From Eledone cirrhosa (lineage: Eukaryota): a stretch of DNA of 64,000 nucleotides. Below the pieces are notes generated by a model. It had not been told where the DNA came from. It made no database searches and worked only from the letters and a program-made list of their open reading frames with translations. Made by a program: the position numbers and the translations under genes. Every line of letters starts with the position of its first letter. Within the stretch, counting starts at the first letter, position 1. The stretch is from positions 2,790,001 to 2,854,000 of the forward strand of contig OZ024750.1 in NCBI GenBank assembly GCA_964016885.1. The letters are read 5' to 3'. This document shows positions 40,797-52,895 of this stretch, in pieces.

Positions 40797-41365
40797 AATT
40801 GTTTCTACTTCAAGCACAAGGCCAGCAATTTTGGGGTTGAGGAAGGGAAAAGTCGATCAAATTGACCCCAATGCATTGCTGGTACTTTATTTTATCGATC
40901 TTGTAAGGACGAGGCAAAGCTAACCTTGGCAGGATTTGAACTCAGAACGTAAAGGGCCGTAACTCTATACTGACTCTGCTAATCCACTGCCCTAACAACA
41001 ACTATTGCTACTTTTGGCACAAGGCCAGCAATTACCCCAGTGCATTACTGGTACTTTATTTTATCTACCCTGTAAGGATGAAAGGCAAAGTTAACCTCGG
41101 CGGAATAATAATAATAATAACAATAACAATAATAATGATAATAATTTTTTCCAACATTGGCACAAGGCCAGCAATTTTTCTGTGGAATGGGGGAGGGGTG
41201 AGGAAGAGAATGTTCATGACACCAACTCCCACCACTTAATTTTATTGACCCTGGAAGGGTGAAAAATCAAAGTTGACCTCAGCAGGATTTAAACTCAAAA
41301 TATAAAGAACTATAACAAACACTTGAAAGAATTTGTTGGAAGCATCTAACGATTCTACCATTCTA
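40797..41365 (-). mobile_element. Cluster of three tRNA-SINE copies or fragments
   Basis: gcacaaggccagcaatt tails near 40815, 41017 and 41160. Confidence 0.75.
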
Positions 41366-41843
41366 CAGGAACAACAGCCTTTGAAGACATTTTGAGAAGC
41401 AAATTATCTCAGGGAATATTTTATTCATTAACATTAACAAAGCAAGTGGAATATATGATATAACCTTGGCAAAACAGTTTGAATATTCATAAAGAAATCA
41501 TGATATTTTGTTAACTAAAAATAACAGCGATTATTTTCATAGTCTGCTGGTGTCATAAGAGAATATACATATGTTAATAATTGTTGAAATGAATTACTGC
41601 TGGTATATTTTGGTTTATAAAGATGCATGTACGAAACACGTACTCATCATATCCAATGGCTTCAGTTCTAGTAGTGTTGACATTTGTTGTTAACGATTTA
41701 CAATAACTAGAAAATAGGGGATCTCTACAAGCAGGGCTTTTCCGAGGAGGAGAGAGAGAGAGAGAGAAGGAGAGAAAGAAGGAGAGAGAGAGAGAAAGAA
41801 GGAGAGAGAGAGAGAGAGAAAGAAGGAGAGAGAGAGAGAAAGA

Positions 41844-41903
<60 letters not shown>

Positions 41904-42036
41904 GAGAGATTCTGCAAAAGAACAAGACTGTTTACTCAACCCACTCCCACTCTGCGGTGGGGAAAGGGTGGCATCACATCTCAACAGTAAGAGGTGTTTT
42001 TGTTTTTTAAAGGGGAGGGCATCAGATATCTCCAGC

Positions 42037-42073
42037 AACTGCCAAACCCACTGAACCCTTTCCCTATATATAG
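42037..42073 (-). promoter_or_regulatory. Candidate internal promoter (TATA/MEF2-like box plus Inr-like GCAGTT)
   Basis: CTATATATAG (42064-73) with GCAGTT about 30 nt downstream on the minus strand, in non-repetitive sequence. Motif-only evidence. Confidence 0.25.
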
Positions 42074-45000
42074 GTCCTGGGCTACAAGTAATGGTATCTA
42101 TAAACATCATTTTCTTTATTTTATTTTTGTAACTCTTAACGTCCTGTACCACACGAAACCACATTAGTAATACATTCTTGCTATAAAAGTAAAAAAGAGC
42201 AGTCTGACTGTATCACATTAAAAAGATTTGTATCTTTCATATTGCAACTTTTCACAACATTCTATCCACTAAATACCATAAACATTTAAATGATTAAACC
42301 TGACTTTAGATATTTTCTGCAGAATCATTAAAAGGATGTTAAAAGTTAAAGTAAAGTTTGTCTTTAGTTATATAGTGTCTTACATTGACAAGTAGCATAT
42401 TTATGTAAAGTTTATAGATTTAAAAAACAGGGTACACTTGCAATTACATGATATATTTATTGCGACAGTTATGAGAAATATATTGCAAATAAATCATTTC
42501 CTGTCATCCCGGCAATATAAACATTGTCAAATTAACGTGGAAAAAAACAACAAAAAAACATCATGTTCATATTAACATAGAAAACTAAATTAAAAACAAA
42601 CAACAAACAAAACCCCCATAAAAACCCAGTTGATTTAATGGTAGAATATGTACGGTATATATCCCAAACAATCACTGTGATAGGCAAGGAACAAGCCCTT
42701 ATAGTTCCTTGCTAGCCCTCATCAATCTTCATTTGAAAATAGCAAATAGCATATGTGAGAGATTAGTTTAATGAAAGTTAAGAGTAGCAGCTAAAAGTTT
42801 ATATTGCAGGTATAAAATATCATATATCTAAAAATAATGCTACTATTATATTACAAGCAAATATTTTTACATTTTAAATACATTTTACATTTTATGTTGA
42901 GAGACAAATATTTTATATAGTTAAATAAATAAAAAGCAGTACTTTACAGTTACAAAAGAAAAAAAAAACTATTACTACAACAACAACAATGATAAACCCT
43001 ATTTAAAAGGCTAAGCAAGAACGACAGAGAAACTATAGAAAGAATTAAAAAGTGAAAATGATACTTTGTTATGGACGTATATGATATAGCACTTCAAGAA
43101 ACTGTATACTGGAGCGTAAAATCCATTTAGTGGGCTGGGTACACACTGCTATTGCCAAACTGGAGTAAGAATTAATGAAAATAGTGAGGGAAGAGCTAGT
43201 TCTGATGTTGCTGCCAGTCCAATGGTATACCAGACAGCTGAGAAAGCTGGCACTAGTTATCTAGCTTTACTAACTCATGACAGTAAAAGCAACATTGTTA
43301 GTAGTGTTTCCAAATATAAAAAAAGCCTATATATGGCTTTCAATAACGCTGCAGGTATTAATTGTTTTCAGAAGATTTATAAGTATCTTACTCTAAGAAT
43401 ATTAGTTTTGAAACAGGTAAAATTTTGAGAAGCGTCAAATAATTCCATTTGTACATTTTATAAAAGAAAATTCCAGTATCATTTACCATTTTACTGTCTA
43501 TCATAAGGTGAACAAGAGAAATTTAATAAGAGAAAGGTGGAATCCAACAAAATTAAATCTCTTCTTTTAATTAACCCCTGCCACTTTCATTTTTATCTCA
43601 TCAAATTAAAATATATTCCTTTAATTGACTCCTTTGCTTCATCTTTATCTTACCCCCCCCCCCCATTAATTCCCCCCACATCTCATCTTTATCTTACCAA
43701 ATTAAAAATCTTTATCTATCTCTAGCAGTTCTCTAGTGACCTTTCTTCTATGTAAAAATAAATTTAAAAAGTTTATTGTGATTAACATATTAAGCCACAT
43801 AATATAAATCTGACATTAACCCTTTAGTTACCATTCAGCTCTGATTCTATGAAACAAACCACCCCCAAAACCAGCTCTGATTCTATGAAATAAAATCACC
43901 TGTTTTAAAGGTTTCCAATTTAAATTAAAATCTTTCAATATAATTTTATATAAGAACCTTACATTAATTTATTGGTTCTAATTTACTGAATTGATAATTT
44001 AATACAGGTGCAGACATGGGCTCTGTAAGCCATAGTGAAGGCCACTTGTCTAGGAGAGGAGACACTCAAATAAAAACTGATACAGGTTGGAGAGGACTCT
44101 TAAGTCTGGTAAGACAACCTCTCTAGTGCTGGTGGCAGGAACAATGCACTCAATCCACGCTGTAAAGTGGTTGGTGATAGGAAGGGAATCCAGCCAGTAA
44201 AACCCAGCCAAGATTATTAAAAGCACAGCCAATATGATTTCCATTAGTTGCGAACACAGGGCTAACACTAGTCATGTTAGTGCTGCACAGGGTAGTGGGG
44301 TGGCTAGAGTACCCATGTATGAGGATCCCTTGATCCAACCCATACAAGCATGGAAAAGTGGACATAATGATGATGAAGATGATTCGATAAGATTCTTACC
44401 TTTAAGAATTACAATTTTTAAGTTTTAAGTAGTCCAAATTTAAGAAAAATAGCATAATCCAGTACTTGTATTCCAATATCGAGTGGCTTTACTACTTCTG
44501 AGGGTACTAGCCCCAGGACTAGAATTCCTGTTGGTTTAGTATAACTTCAAAAGGAGACAATAAACAAACTGAAATGAAGTCCTCACAGCCAGGCTTAGAT
44601 CAAAACTCTGCAATTTATTCTTAGCACAAAGACAGTTGTATTCTTTATTTTAAAGTAATAGTCAAGGGAGGGAAAACTTTAACTAAAGCTAAAGCCAAGC
44701 ATTACTACATAAAGATTTTATCTACCAATTATATAAAAAGACTAATAACAGCTTTCCTCCTCTCCATGTGTCTCCTCTTTATATAGCCTGTAGCTTTATT
44801 AACTTAAAGAAATACATTGAAACAACATTTCACTCATTATACAATATTTTCTACATTCAAAACATGATATGGCCACAGATAGAACTAACATTTCCCCCCC
44901 AGTGATAAAATAAAAATGATGAGGCTAATGTTAAAATTCTATTATATTCAAAATGGTAATTAATCAGATGACCCTTAATTATAAAGAACTGAAACAAATA

Positions 45001-45190
45001 TAGCTTTTAATCAAACAACTTATTTCAATTTTTGTAGTTCAAAAGTTTATGCAGAAGAAGCAGCCATGAAACATGAAAGGAACTTGTGCAGTGAAAACCC
45101 TTATTTGTTATGATGATAATAATGAAAATTATTGTGTACAGTGCTCGGGTCACTACAACTCATCAAAAGTGCATGTATAGTACATAAAAT

Positions 45191-45376
45191 AATTGTTTCT
45201 ACTTTTGGCACAAGGCCAGCAATTACCCAGAACATTACTGGTACTTTATTTTATCAACCCCGTAAGGATGAAAGGCAAAGTTAACCTCGGAGGGATTTGA
45301 ACTCAGAATGGCAAGGGCCGTAACTCTATGCGTCAAAGCATGGCGTCCGACCCTCCACCGATACTGCCAATCCACC
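45191..45376 (-). mobile_element. tRNA-derived SINE (same family)
   Basis: Full-length homolog. Confidence 0.8.
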
Positions 45377-45829
45377 ATATAGTACATCAAATAATGTACA
45401 AATGTCAGGAAAGTGAACAATGTATCATGATAAGTGTAGTTCAACAGTTTATGTAGACGAAAAAACCACAAGAGCCAAAACAAATATAGCTTTTAATAAA
45501 ACAACTTTTTCAATTTTTAGGAGTTCAAAAGTTTTTGTAGAAGAAGCCGCCATGAAACATGAAAGGAACTTGTGCAGTGAAAACCCTTAACGAAAAATAA
45601 GAATATTTGTATTTGCTATGATGATAAAGTAAAAAGCTTATGAGTTAAGATACGAACTACTACTGATGAGGTAAGATGGCATTTATGAGTGTGGCAATAG
45701 TTCCAGCAAGAAAACATTATACAGAGTATAAGTTTACAGTGTTGCCTCTGTGTCAGACATGATACAACATATTTTACTATCAACTGTGTAGGATTTAGAC
45801 ACTCTACACAAACACATACACATATATAT

Positions 45830-46485
45830 ATATGTATACACACATTCATTTACATATACACATACACACACACATATATATATATGTATGTATACACACA
45901 TTCATTTACATATACATATACACACACATATATATACATATGTATACACACATTCATTTACATATACACACACTCATATATACATATGTATACACACTCT
46001 CATATATACATATGTATACACACTCATATATACATATGTATACGCACTCATATATACATATGTATACGCACTCATATATATTTATGTATACACACTCTCA
46101 TATATACATATGTATACACACTCTCATATATACATATGTATACACACTCTCATATATACATAAATGTATACACATACTCATATACACACCCATATACATA
46201 TATGTATACACACCCATATACACATATGTATACACACCCATATACACATATGTATACACACCCATATACACATATGTATACACACCCATATACACATATG
46301 TATACACACCCATATACACATATGTATACACACCCACCCATATACACATATGTATACACACCCACCCATATACACATATGTATACACACCCACCCATATA
46401 CATATGTATACACACCCACCCATATACATATGTATACACACCCACCCATATACACATATGTATACACACCCACCCATATACACAC
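45830..46485. repeat. Low-complexity TA/CA tandem array with drifting unit
   Basis: catatacacatatgtatacacac(ccac)c units of ~22-28 bp. Confidence 0.9.
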
Positions 46486-47029
46486 AACATAAGGGTTACA
46501 AAGCCATACTTTTTATTTCTTTTACAGAATTGTGAAATTCTTTAATTTAAAAATAAAAGAAATGTCCAAACCACCAACGTCTGCATATTACAATAAAGAA
46601 AACAAAAACCAAAAAAAGAAAGAGAAAAACTAAACAGCAAAAGTAGAGGGAAAGAGGAGGGGTGTGTGGGAGGAGGGGTGTGTGGGAGGAGGGGGGTGTG
46701 GGAGGAGGGTGTGGGAGGGTGGGGCAGATTATACACTTATGTTGTCTCAGCAGAATATCTCAGTTGTGACCCCCCAGAGGACTAAAATGATGAAGGCATT
46801 TCAGTGTAGAACAGCCAGTGCCACCCGCTGCATCAGTCACTCTCTAACTCACCCAGGGGGACCTCCTCCTTCTTCAGGCGGGATGTACACACCTCCTGAT
46901 TTTGTGGAGGAAAACATAAGTTTTTTAGGGAAAACGGGTGAGGAAAGCACACCAAGCAACCTGGGTACAAGACTTCCCCCTGGACAGAACACCAGTCCCT
47001 TGCAGGATTAAAGTCTGTCTTAAGTCAGA

Positions 47030-47285
47030 AGATTGGTTAGGGTGGTGCTTATCCCGGTTTCATGGTGTGAAGCAACTGAGGGTACAAGACTTCCCCCTGG
47101 ACAGGACACCAGTCCATCACATGGTTAACCCCCCAGCTATTACTGGTACTCATTTTCAGCTAAGTATACTGGAGCAATATGAAATGAAGTGCCTTGCTCA
47201 AGAACACAACAGACAACCGAGTCCAGGAATGGAACCCATGATATTATAATGTTAAGTCCAACAGCCTTACCACTAAGTCACATGT
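47030..47285 (-). mobile_element. tRNA/CORE-like SINE
   Basis: Minus strand has gtgacttagtggtaagg, gggttccattcc and tcttgagcaaggcactt. A related + copy lies at ~39770-39885. Confidence 0.65.
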
Positions 47286-47394
47286 ATAAATTAATTATCA
47301 GGTTCCAGTGACCAGGGAGAAATTAGGAAGAGGTTAGGTTAAGGCTCACTAAGTATGTTAATCTGTTGTGTATAAAAGATGAGAATGAAATATA

Positions 47395-47535
47395 CATGGT
47401 GGTGCAAAAGTCATGCACCAGTAAAACATAATATTTTGCTATAATATCTTTGTATTTGTTATTTCTGTAAGTAAATATGGTGAACATTCATAGAATAATG
47501 ATGACAGGGTGGTGCAGGACTTTTGCACCACCCTG
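47395..47535. mobile_element. Tc1/mariner-type MITE
   Basis: TA-catggtggtgcaaaagtcatgcacca ... tggtgcaggacttttgcaccaccctg-TA; ~26-bp TIRs with TA TSD. Confidence 0.8.
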
Positions 47536-47614
47536 TATAAAATGAATTCTGCACTGGATTATTATTAGATAAAAAGAAGCCAGATATGATAATGATGATG
47601 ATGATAATAATAAT

Positions 47615-47905
47615 AATAATGAAAATTCTTGTGTACAGTGCTCAGGTGCACTACAACTCATCAAAGGTGCATGTATAGTACATAGAGTAATGTACAAATA
47701 TCAGGAAAGTGAACAGTGTATGAGTCATGATATACACACAGACACACGTGTATGTCTGGAGGGAAATATCAGGTGTAGTGTTGTCGAATTTCGGGAAGCA
47801 TGGAAGTTTTAAAGGATGCAGTGTCCCGACAGCTAACAACTGATGCAGGTAGTTTGTTCCATGCTTCAGCAACTCTGAGCATGAAAAGATGTTTCCGAAA
47901 GTCAT
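47615..47905 (-). mobile_element. CR1/L2-like LINE 3' fragment
   Basis: Reads FRKHLFMLRVAEAWNKLPASVVSCRDTASFKTSML, a typical CR1/L2 ORF2 C-terminus (WNxLP), followed by UTR. Related pieces lie at 4880-5008 and 45120-45430. Confidence 0.65.
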
Positions 47906-50106
47906 AGGAGCTGTGCTGATATGAAAGATTTAGGGAGGAATTTTGAATAGGGACTAAGGTAAAAAAAGATAAAGGTTACTATTGACTGTAGAAAGTATTA
48001 TACAAGGAGAAAAGCCCAGAAAAGTGTGTGTGCGGGGGCGACAGAAAACTGTGAAGAGAAAGAATTTGAAGAAATCAAGTGAAAGAATTAGGTTCGGAGA
48101 TAAGGGGGGGGGGGGGGGGAGAAAGAAAGAGAGTGGTAAATGTGAAAGATAAAAATAGGGGAATAATATAGAGAGAATGAAATAGATATTAGGGCAGGAG
48201 GAGAAGGGAGAGTGGAGGGTAATAATGAGAGTGGGAGTGAGAGAGAGGAGTGATAGGGTGTAGGGGGTGATATAGAAGATGGAGACAGAGGAGGAGAGAG
48301 AAAATAGTAGGGGAGAGACACAAGATAAATATAGAGACAGTAAGATAGAAGTGATGAGAGAGAGAGAGAGAGATATTGAGGGAGGGAGAGAGGGGACGGA
48401 GGGGAGAGATATTGAGGGAGAGGGGGAGGGGTGGAGAGAAAGATATATGAAAAGAGGGTTGACAGAAAAGAAAATGGAATTATAATTGAATTTCAATGAA
48501 AACCAAAATGAAAATTGATATAATTTAGTTAAGTATTTTTTCTTTTCTAATTGCAGAGAAATTGCACCAGAATTGCATCCATTAAATCGATTGCAGAAGT
48601 TGCCTTAACGTTGCACTAGTCAATAAACTAATATAGAATAGAAAATATTTAAGCATTAAGAAATTTCTAAAAACAAATGAATTGTTTCGTGAATGAAAAT
48701 TATTGACAATATTAAAAAGGTGTGTGCTTAATGGGAAAGGTGTTTATGATCTTAAATGGAATACCTGTCTGACTCAGAAGATAGACTTGTTAATTAGCAC
48801 CATTTTTATTTTAATATCAATATGAGTGGCTGGTTATAGCCGGCTTGAACAAAAAGAAGTGAGAGAATTCTGGCCGGATATGGTCACTTTAAATGCTAAA
48901 GGGTTAATGTTAGGTTCTAAACACTAGTATGACAATGAGAAAGTTAGTTATATTACAAAATTCTTTGATTATTTAAAAATTATTTGAAAATCATAGGCAG
49001 TGTTTTCCCTAAGAAATAGGGTAACAAAAAGGTTAATAAACAACTGAGCCAGTTTATCAGTTCTCCATTATTGTTCTAGAAAGACGAGAGTTTCCATCTT
49101 CATAAATATACATGTATTATATAGACATTTCTATGTGTATTGAGCCTTAGATATTTTTATATACATACATAGAGTCCCCTAACTTCTGATGGAGTTGTAG
49201 GGACACTATATTGGCATACGGTGTCTCATTTGAAAACCTGGCAGAGGCCATCTTCTCTCCACGTCTGAATACAGCAGATTTCTTCCAAAGAAGGATGGAG
49301 AGAAGAAGTGAGAAAGAGATATAGAGGAAGAATCGTCACCAGTACTAGACTGGTACTTTTAGGATAGAGAGAGAGTGAGAGAGAAGAAGTGAGAAAGAGA
49401 TATAGAGGAAGAATCGTCACCAGTACTAGACTGGTACTTTTTTTTATCGACCTCGAATGGATGAAAAACAAAGTTGACTTTGCTGGGATCTGAACTCTAT
49501 CCAATGTTCTAAAGACTCTGCTAATTCGCCACCTTTGATATTTTTACAGAGTTTTAAATAACATTATCAATATCAGAGCCTTCATGTTGGCATGGATTGG
49601 ACAAGACATTTCAGAGGCAGAATTCTATGGCCAGATGCCCTTCCTGATGTTGTTTTTTTAAAACCAAGATATGGTTCTTCACATATCTAATTCCTGAGCT
49701 GCAGGAATTTAGTTTATGCCGGACATAAACAAAAATGACTATGCTAATAATGTCAAATGCAAAGCGAAGACATAGAATCAAACACACATACACACGTTTT
49801 CTAGCCATAACCATCCTATTTTGTTCTGTGGCTCAGTAAAAATTAATTTGAAGGAAGAGCTAGCTGCTATATGAGAAGATAGAGCAATTGGCATAAAAGG
49901 TTTCTGTTTAGTCTGAGAGGAAGTGTTGTACATATATGCAGGAGAGATACATTTAGTACCAGATTTTATTTCTTCCACTTATCATATGCACTAATGACAT
50001 GCAGCTATCAAAATACATTTCGTTGACATCTCAAATGTTCAATCTTCCTACACAATTTGACATTTATTTCAATGCTTTCAGAAGTTATATATTATTTCAT
50101 TATATA

Positions 50107-50197
50107 CATGGTGTCCCCCAAAAATGTATACATACTTTGATTACCAGTACAGGCAATATTTATTAGAATGGTGTAGACATTTTTCTGGGACACCCTG
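50107..50197. mobile_element. Tc1/mariner-type MITE
   Basis: TA-catggtgtcccccaaaaatgtatac ... gtagacatttttctgggacaccctg-TA. Confidence 0.72.
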
Positions 50198-51362
50198 TAT
50201 TTAAAGATTTAGGAGTGAACAATATATTTATGTAATATAGATACTCATCAATGCCACAAAGGCCATATCTATTAAGCAATTGCTTTTCTTTTTCCTCAAG
50301 AAAGCCTAGAAAATGCAATTCAGAGTTGGTTGTATAACAGAACTTCTATTTGAAATTCATCTGGTCTGCATTATCAATTTCGCAATGACAGTATTTTGAA
50401 ATCCATTAACATTTTGAATACCAACCTGCCTGAAACTGACTCTTGGTCTATCATGCCAGCTCATTTATCTTAAAGTGATCGTATTCCCATCATAATATCA
50501 TGTAAGACATTTTTATTAAGTTATGCCTACCCTAGTGATGTAATGAGGAAGTGCTGATGCCATGACAAAAGCACTCAGTCCACCCTGTAAGATGGTAATG
50601 CTGGTGCTGCAATGAAACACACCCAGTCCACCCTGTAAGGTTGTAGTATTAGAATCACGATAAAATACTCCTAGTACACACTTTAAAGTGGTTAATGTCA
50701 GGAAGGACATCCAGCTGTAGAAGCCTGCTCTCAGTACAGACTGTAAAGTTATACTTGGGACATGTCATCACCCTCATGTTCTCATAGCAATGGCTATCCA
50801 GTGGAGTCAATCAGCAACAACTTATTTAGTGCAGCCAGTATACTCTGTAAAGTGGTTGGCGCTCAAAACGGCCATTTGAGACGTCAGTAGCTCTGATTAA
50901 TTACTTGGTCACTGACGGCCAGTTTAACCCTCACTAGTATGACAAACAGACGTTAAATGATGATGATGATGATGATTGACGATGATGATGATGACGATGA
51001 TGATGACGACGATGATGATGAGAGAAACAACTGAGAGATGATATAGCAGACATGTCTAATCTAAGCTTCCATAAAAAAAAAATTTAAAACAGATGAAACT
51101 GATGATGATGATGATGGTTATTATGTAAAGTACTAGATCAAAATGGAAGCAAAGCAATATGAATATTCTTAATTAAATTCCTGAAATAGTAAATGTAACA
51201 GCCAAGAGATAGCCACGGTTCGGTCAGCATTTGCTGTGGTTTTGTTAGCATTCCAAATCAAAATTTAATATCCTGTTATTGTTAGTGGCCTTGTTCCAGG
51301 CTAATGAAATTGATCTAATCCTTAAATTTCAATAATTACATATTGTTGGTCTTAAATATGAT

Positions 51363-51397
<35 letters not shown>

Positions 51398-51446
51398 CTA
51401 CATGTGTGTTTATATATATATATATTTATACACATAAACATATGTG

Positions 51447-51488
<42 letters not shown>

Positions 51489-51502
51489 AACATATGTGTA
51501 TG

Positions 51503-51536
<34 letters not shown>

Positions 51537-51742
51537 TATATACATATGATGGCTGCAACTCATTTTTGAGTAATGCCATCGCTTGATACTTAAGCATGAA
51601 CATCAAGGACGTTATTTTTTATTCCTGCTAGGGACTTGCCTGTGGCCAGCAATAACATGCATCTCAAAAAAATGTCATATATCAAGCGATGCCTGTGCTT
51701 GAAGTTTTTTTAAGTGAGGAAAGTATGTATATATATATATAT

Positions 51743-51785
<43 letters not shown>

Positions 51786-51923
51786 AGAGAGAGAGAGGGA
51801 GGGAGAGAGACAGAAAGAAAAGATGAAGTTGGAAATAGCACGGAAAATATATTTAAGGGTCTGTTTTTCTTTTTTTATCCTTTCTAAGGATATCCACTGT
51901 TTTGTATAGAACCTCACTTCCCT

Positions 51924-51973
<50 letters not shown>

Positions 51974-52019
51974 TCATACGGATTGGACACTACCGTAAAC
52001 TCTTGGTAGATTTATCTAC

Positions 52020-52056
<37 letters not shown>

Positions 52057-52241
52057 TATGCCTATGGTAAAAACCTATATATGTACACGTAGAAATATGT
52101 GTTTATGTATCAATCAGGAATTGGTACAGAAACACAAAACAATCTTCAAATTGACTTCTCTGCTAAAAGCATCTCAATTGTTAGTAACAACAGTTGAAAA
52201 CAAAAGAGAAAGATTAGTGTTTACAATGGCGTTTCTCTTAC

Positions 52242-52399
52242 CTCAAGGACCTCATCAATTTGTGATTGCCATTCATTACAACTTTGATTAATTTCTGCCC
52301 ATTTGCGATTGACTAATCTCACTTGTTTTCGAATCTTCCGGATCAGGTAATGTGCCTCTCTTTCAGGGGACATATCTAATGCAGTTAATCCTTCGACAT
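52242..52399 (-). CDS. DMD: Dystrophin exon, 5' part of human exon 59 equivalent
   Basis: 158 bp, ttccag/gtaaga borders, phase 1 to 0. Encodes DVEGLTALDMSPEREAHYLIRKIRKQVRLVNRKWAEINQSCNEWQSQIDEVLE (human PPEERAQNVTRLLRKQAEEVNTEW...WQRKIDETLE). Confidence 0.93.
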
Positions 52400-52703
52400 C
52401 TGGAAAATAAAATAACTTATGTCAGTCTAATGATATATATATGCAATAGGAAATTGTTATCCCTTTGATATCTTTAAAGTACAACGTTTATATGATGTCT
52501 ATTTAAATAGAAAGGAGAAGATAAAGTTATAATGTAGGGAGATCCACTATAAGCTGCTATTCATGTGATTGATACAGAATTTCAATTATAGAGATGGACA
52601 GTGCCTTGTAGCAGATTGTGGGTGATATGCAAGTAGACCATTGTAGAAGACAATAAGGTTTTAAGTGTCAGGCAATGTGATAACCCAATTTCTGGCAGGT
52701 TAA

Positions 52704-52895
52704 CCCTTCAGCATTTATACATTACTCTATATTACACGGTAAACACTTTATCTCACACAATATGGAATCTACAAGATTTTGATATCTATTTTGAGAACAA
52801 TACCTTAACATATGTATGAGCAACCAGTTATGGCCAGTTTGAACAGAAAGAGGTGATAGTTCTGGTTAGATATGGCCAGTTTAAATGCTAAAGGG
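52704..52895. mobile_element. MITE family A
   Basis: ttaa-cccttcagcattta ... taaatgctaaaggg-ttaa. Confidence 0.78.

Noticed and set aside
51971-52020. 50-bp island within (TA)n (also 11361-11690)
   Set aside because: Probably TE fragments, but no recognisable motif, structure or paralog in the window.
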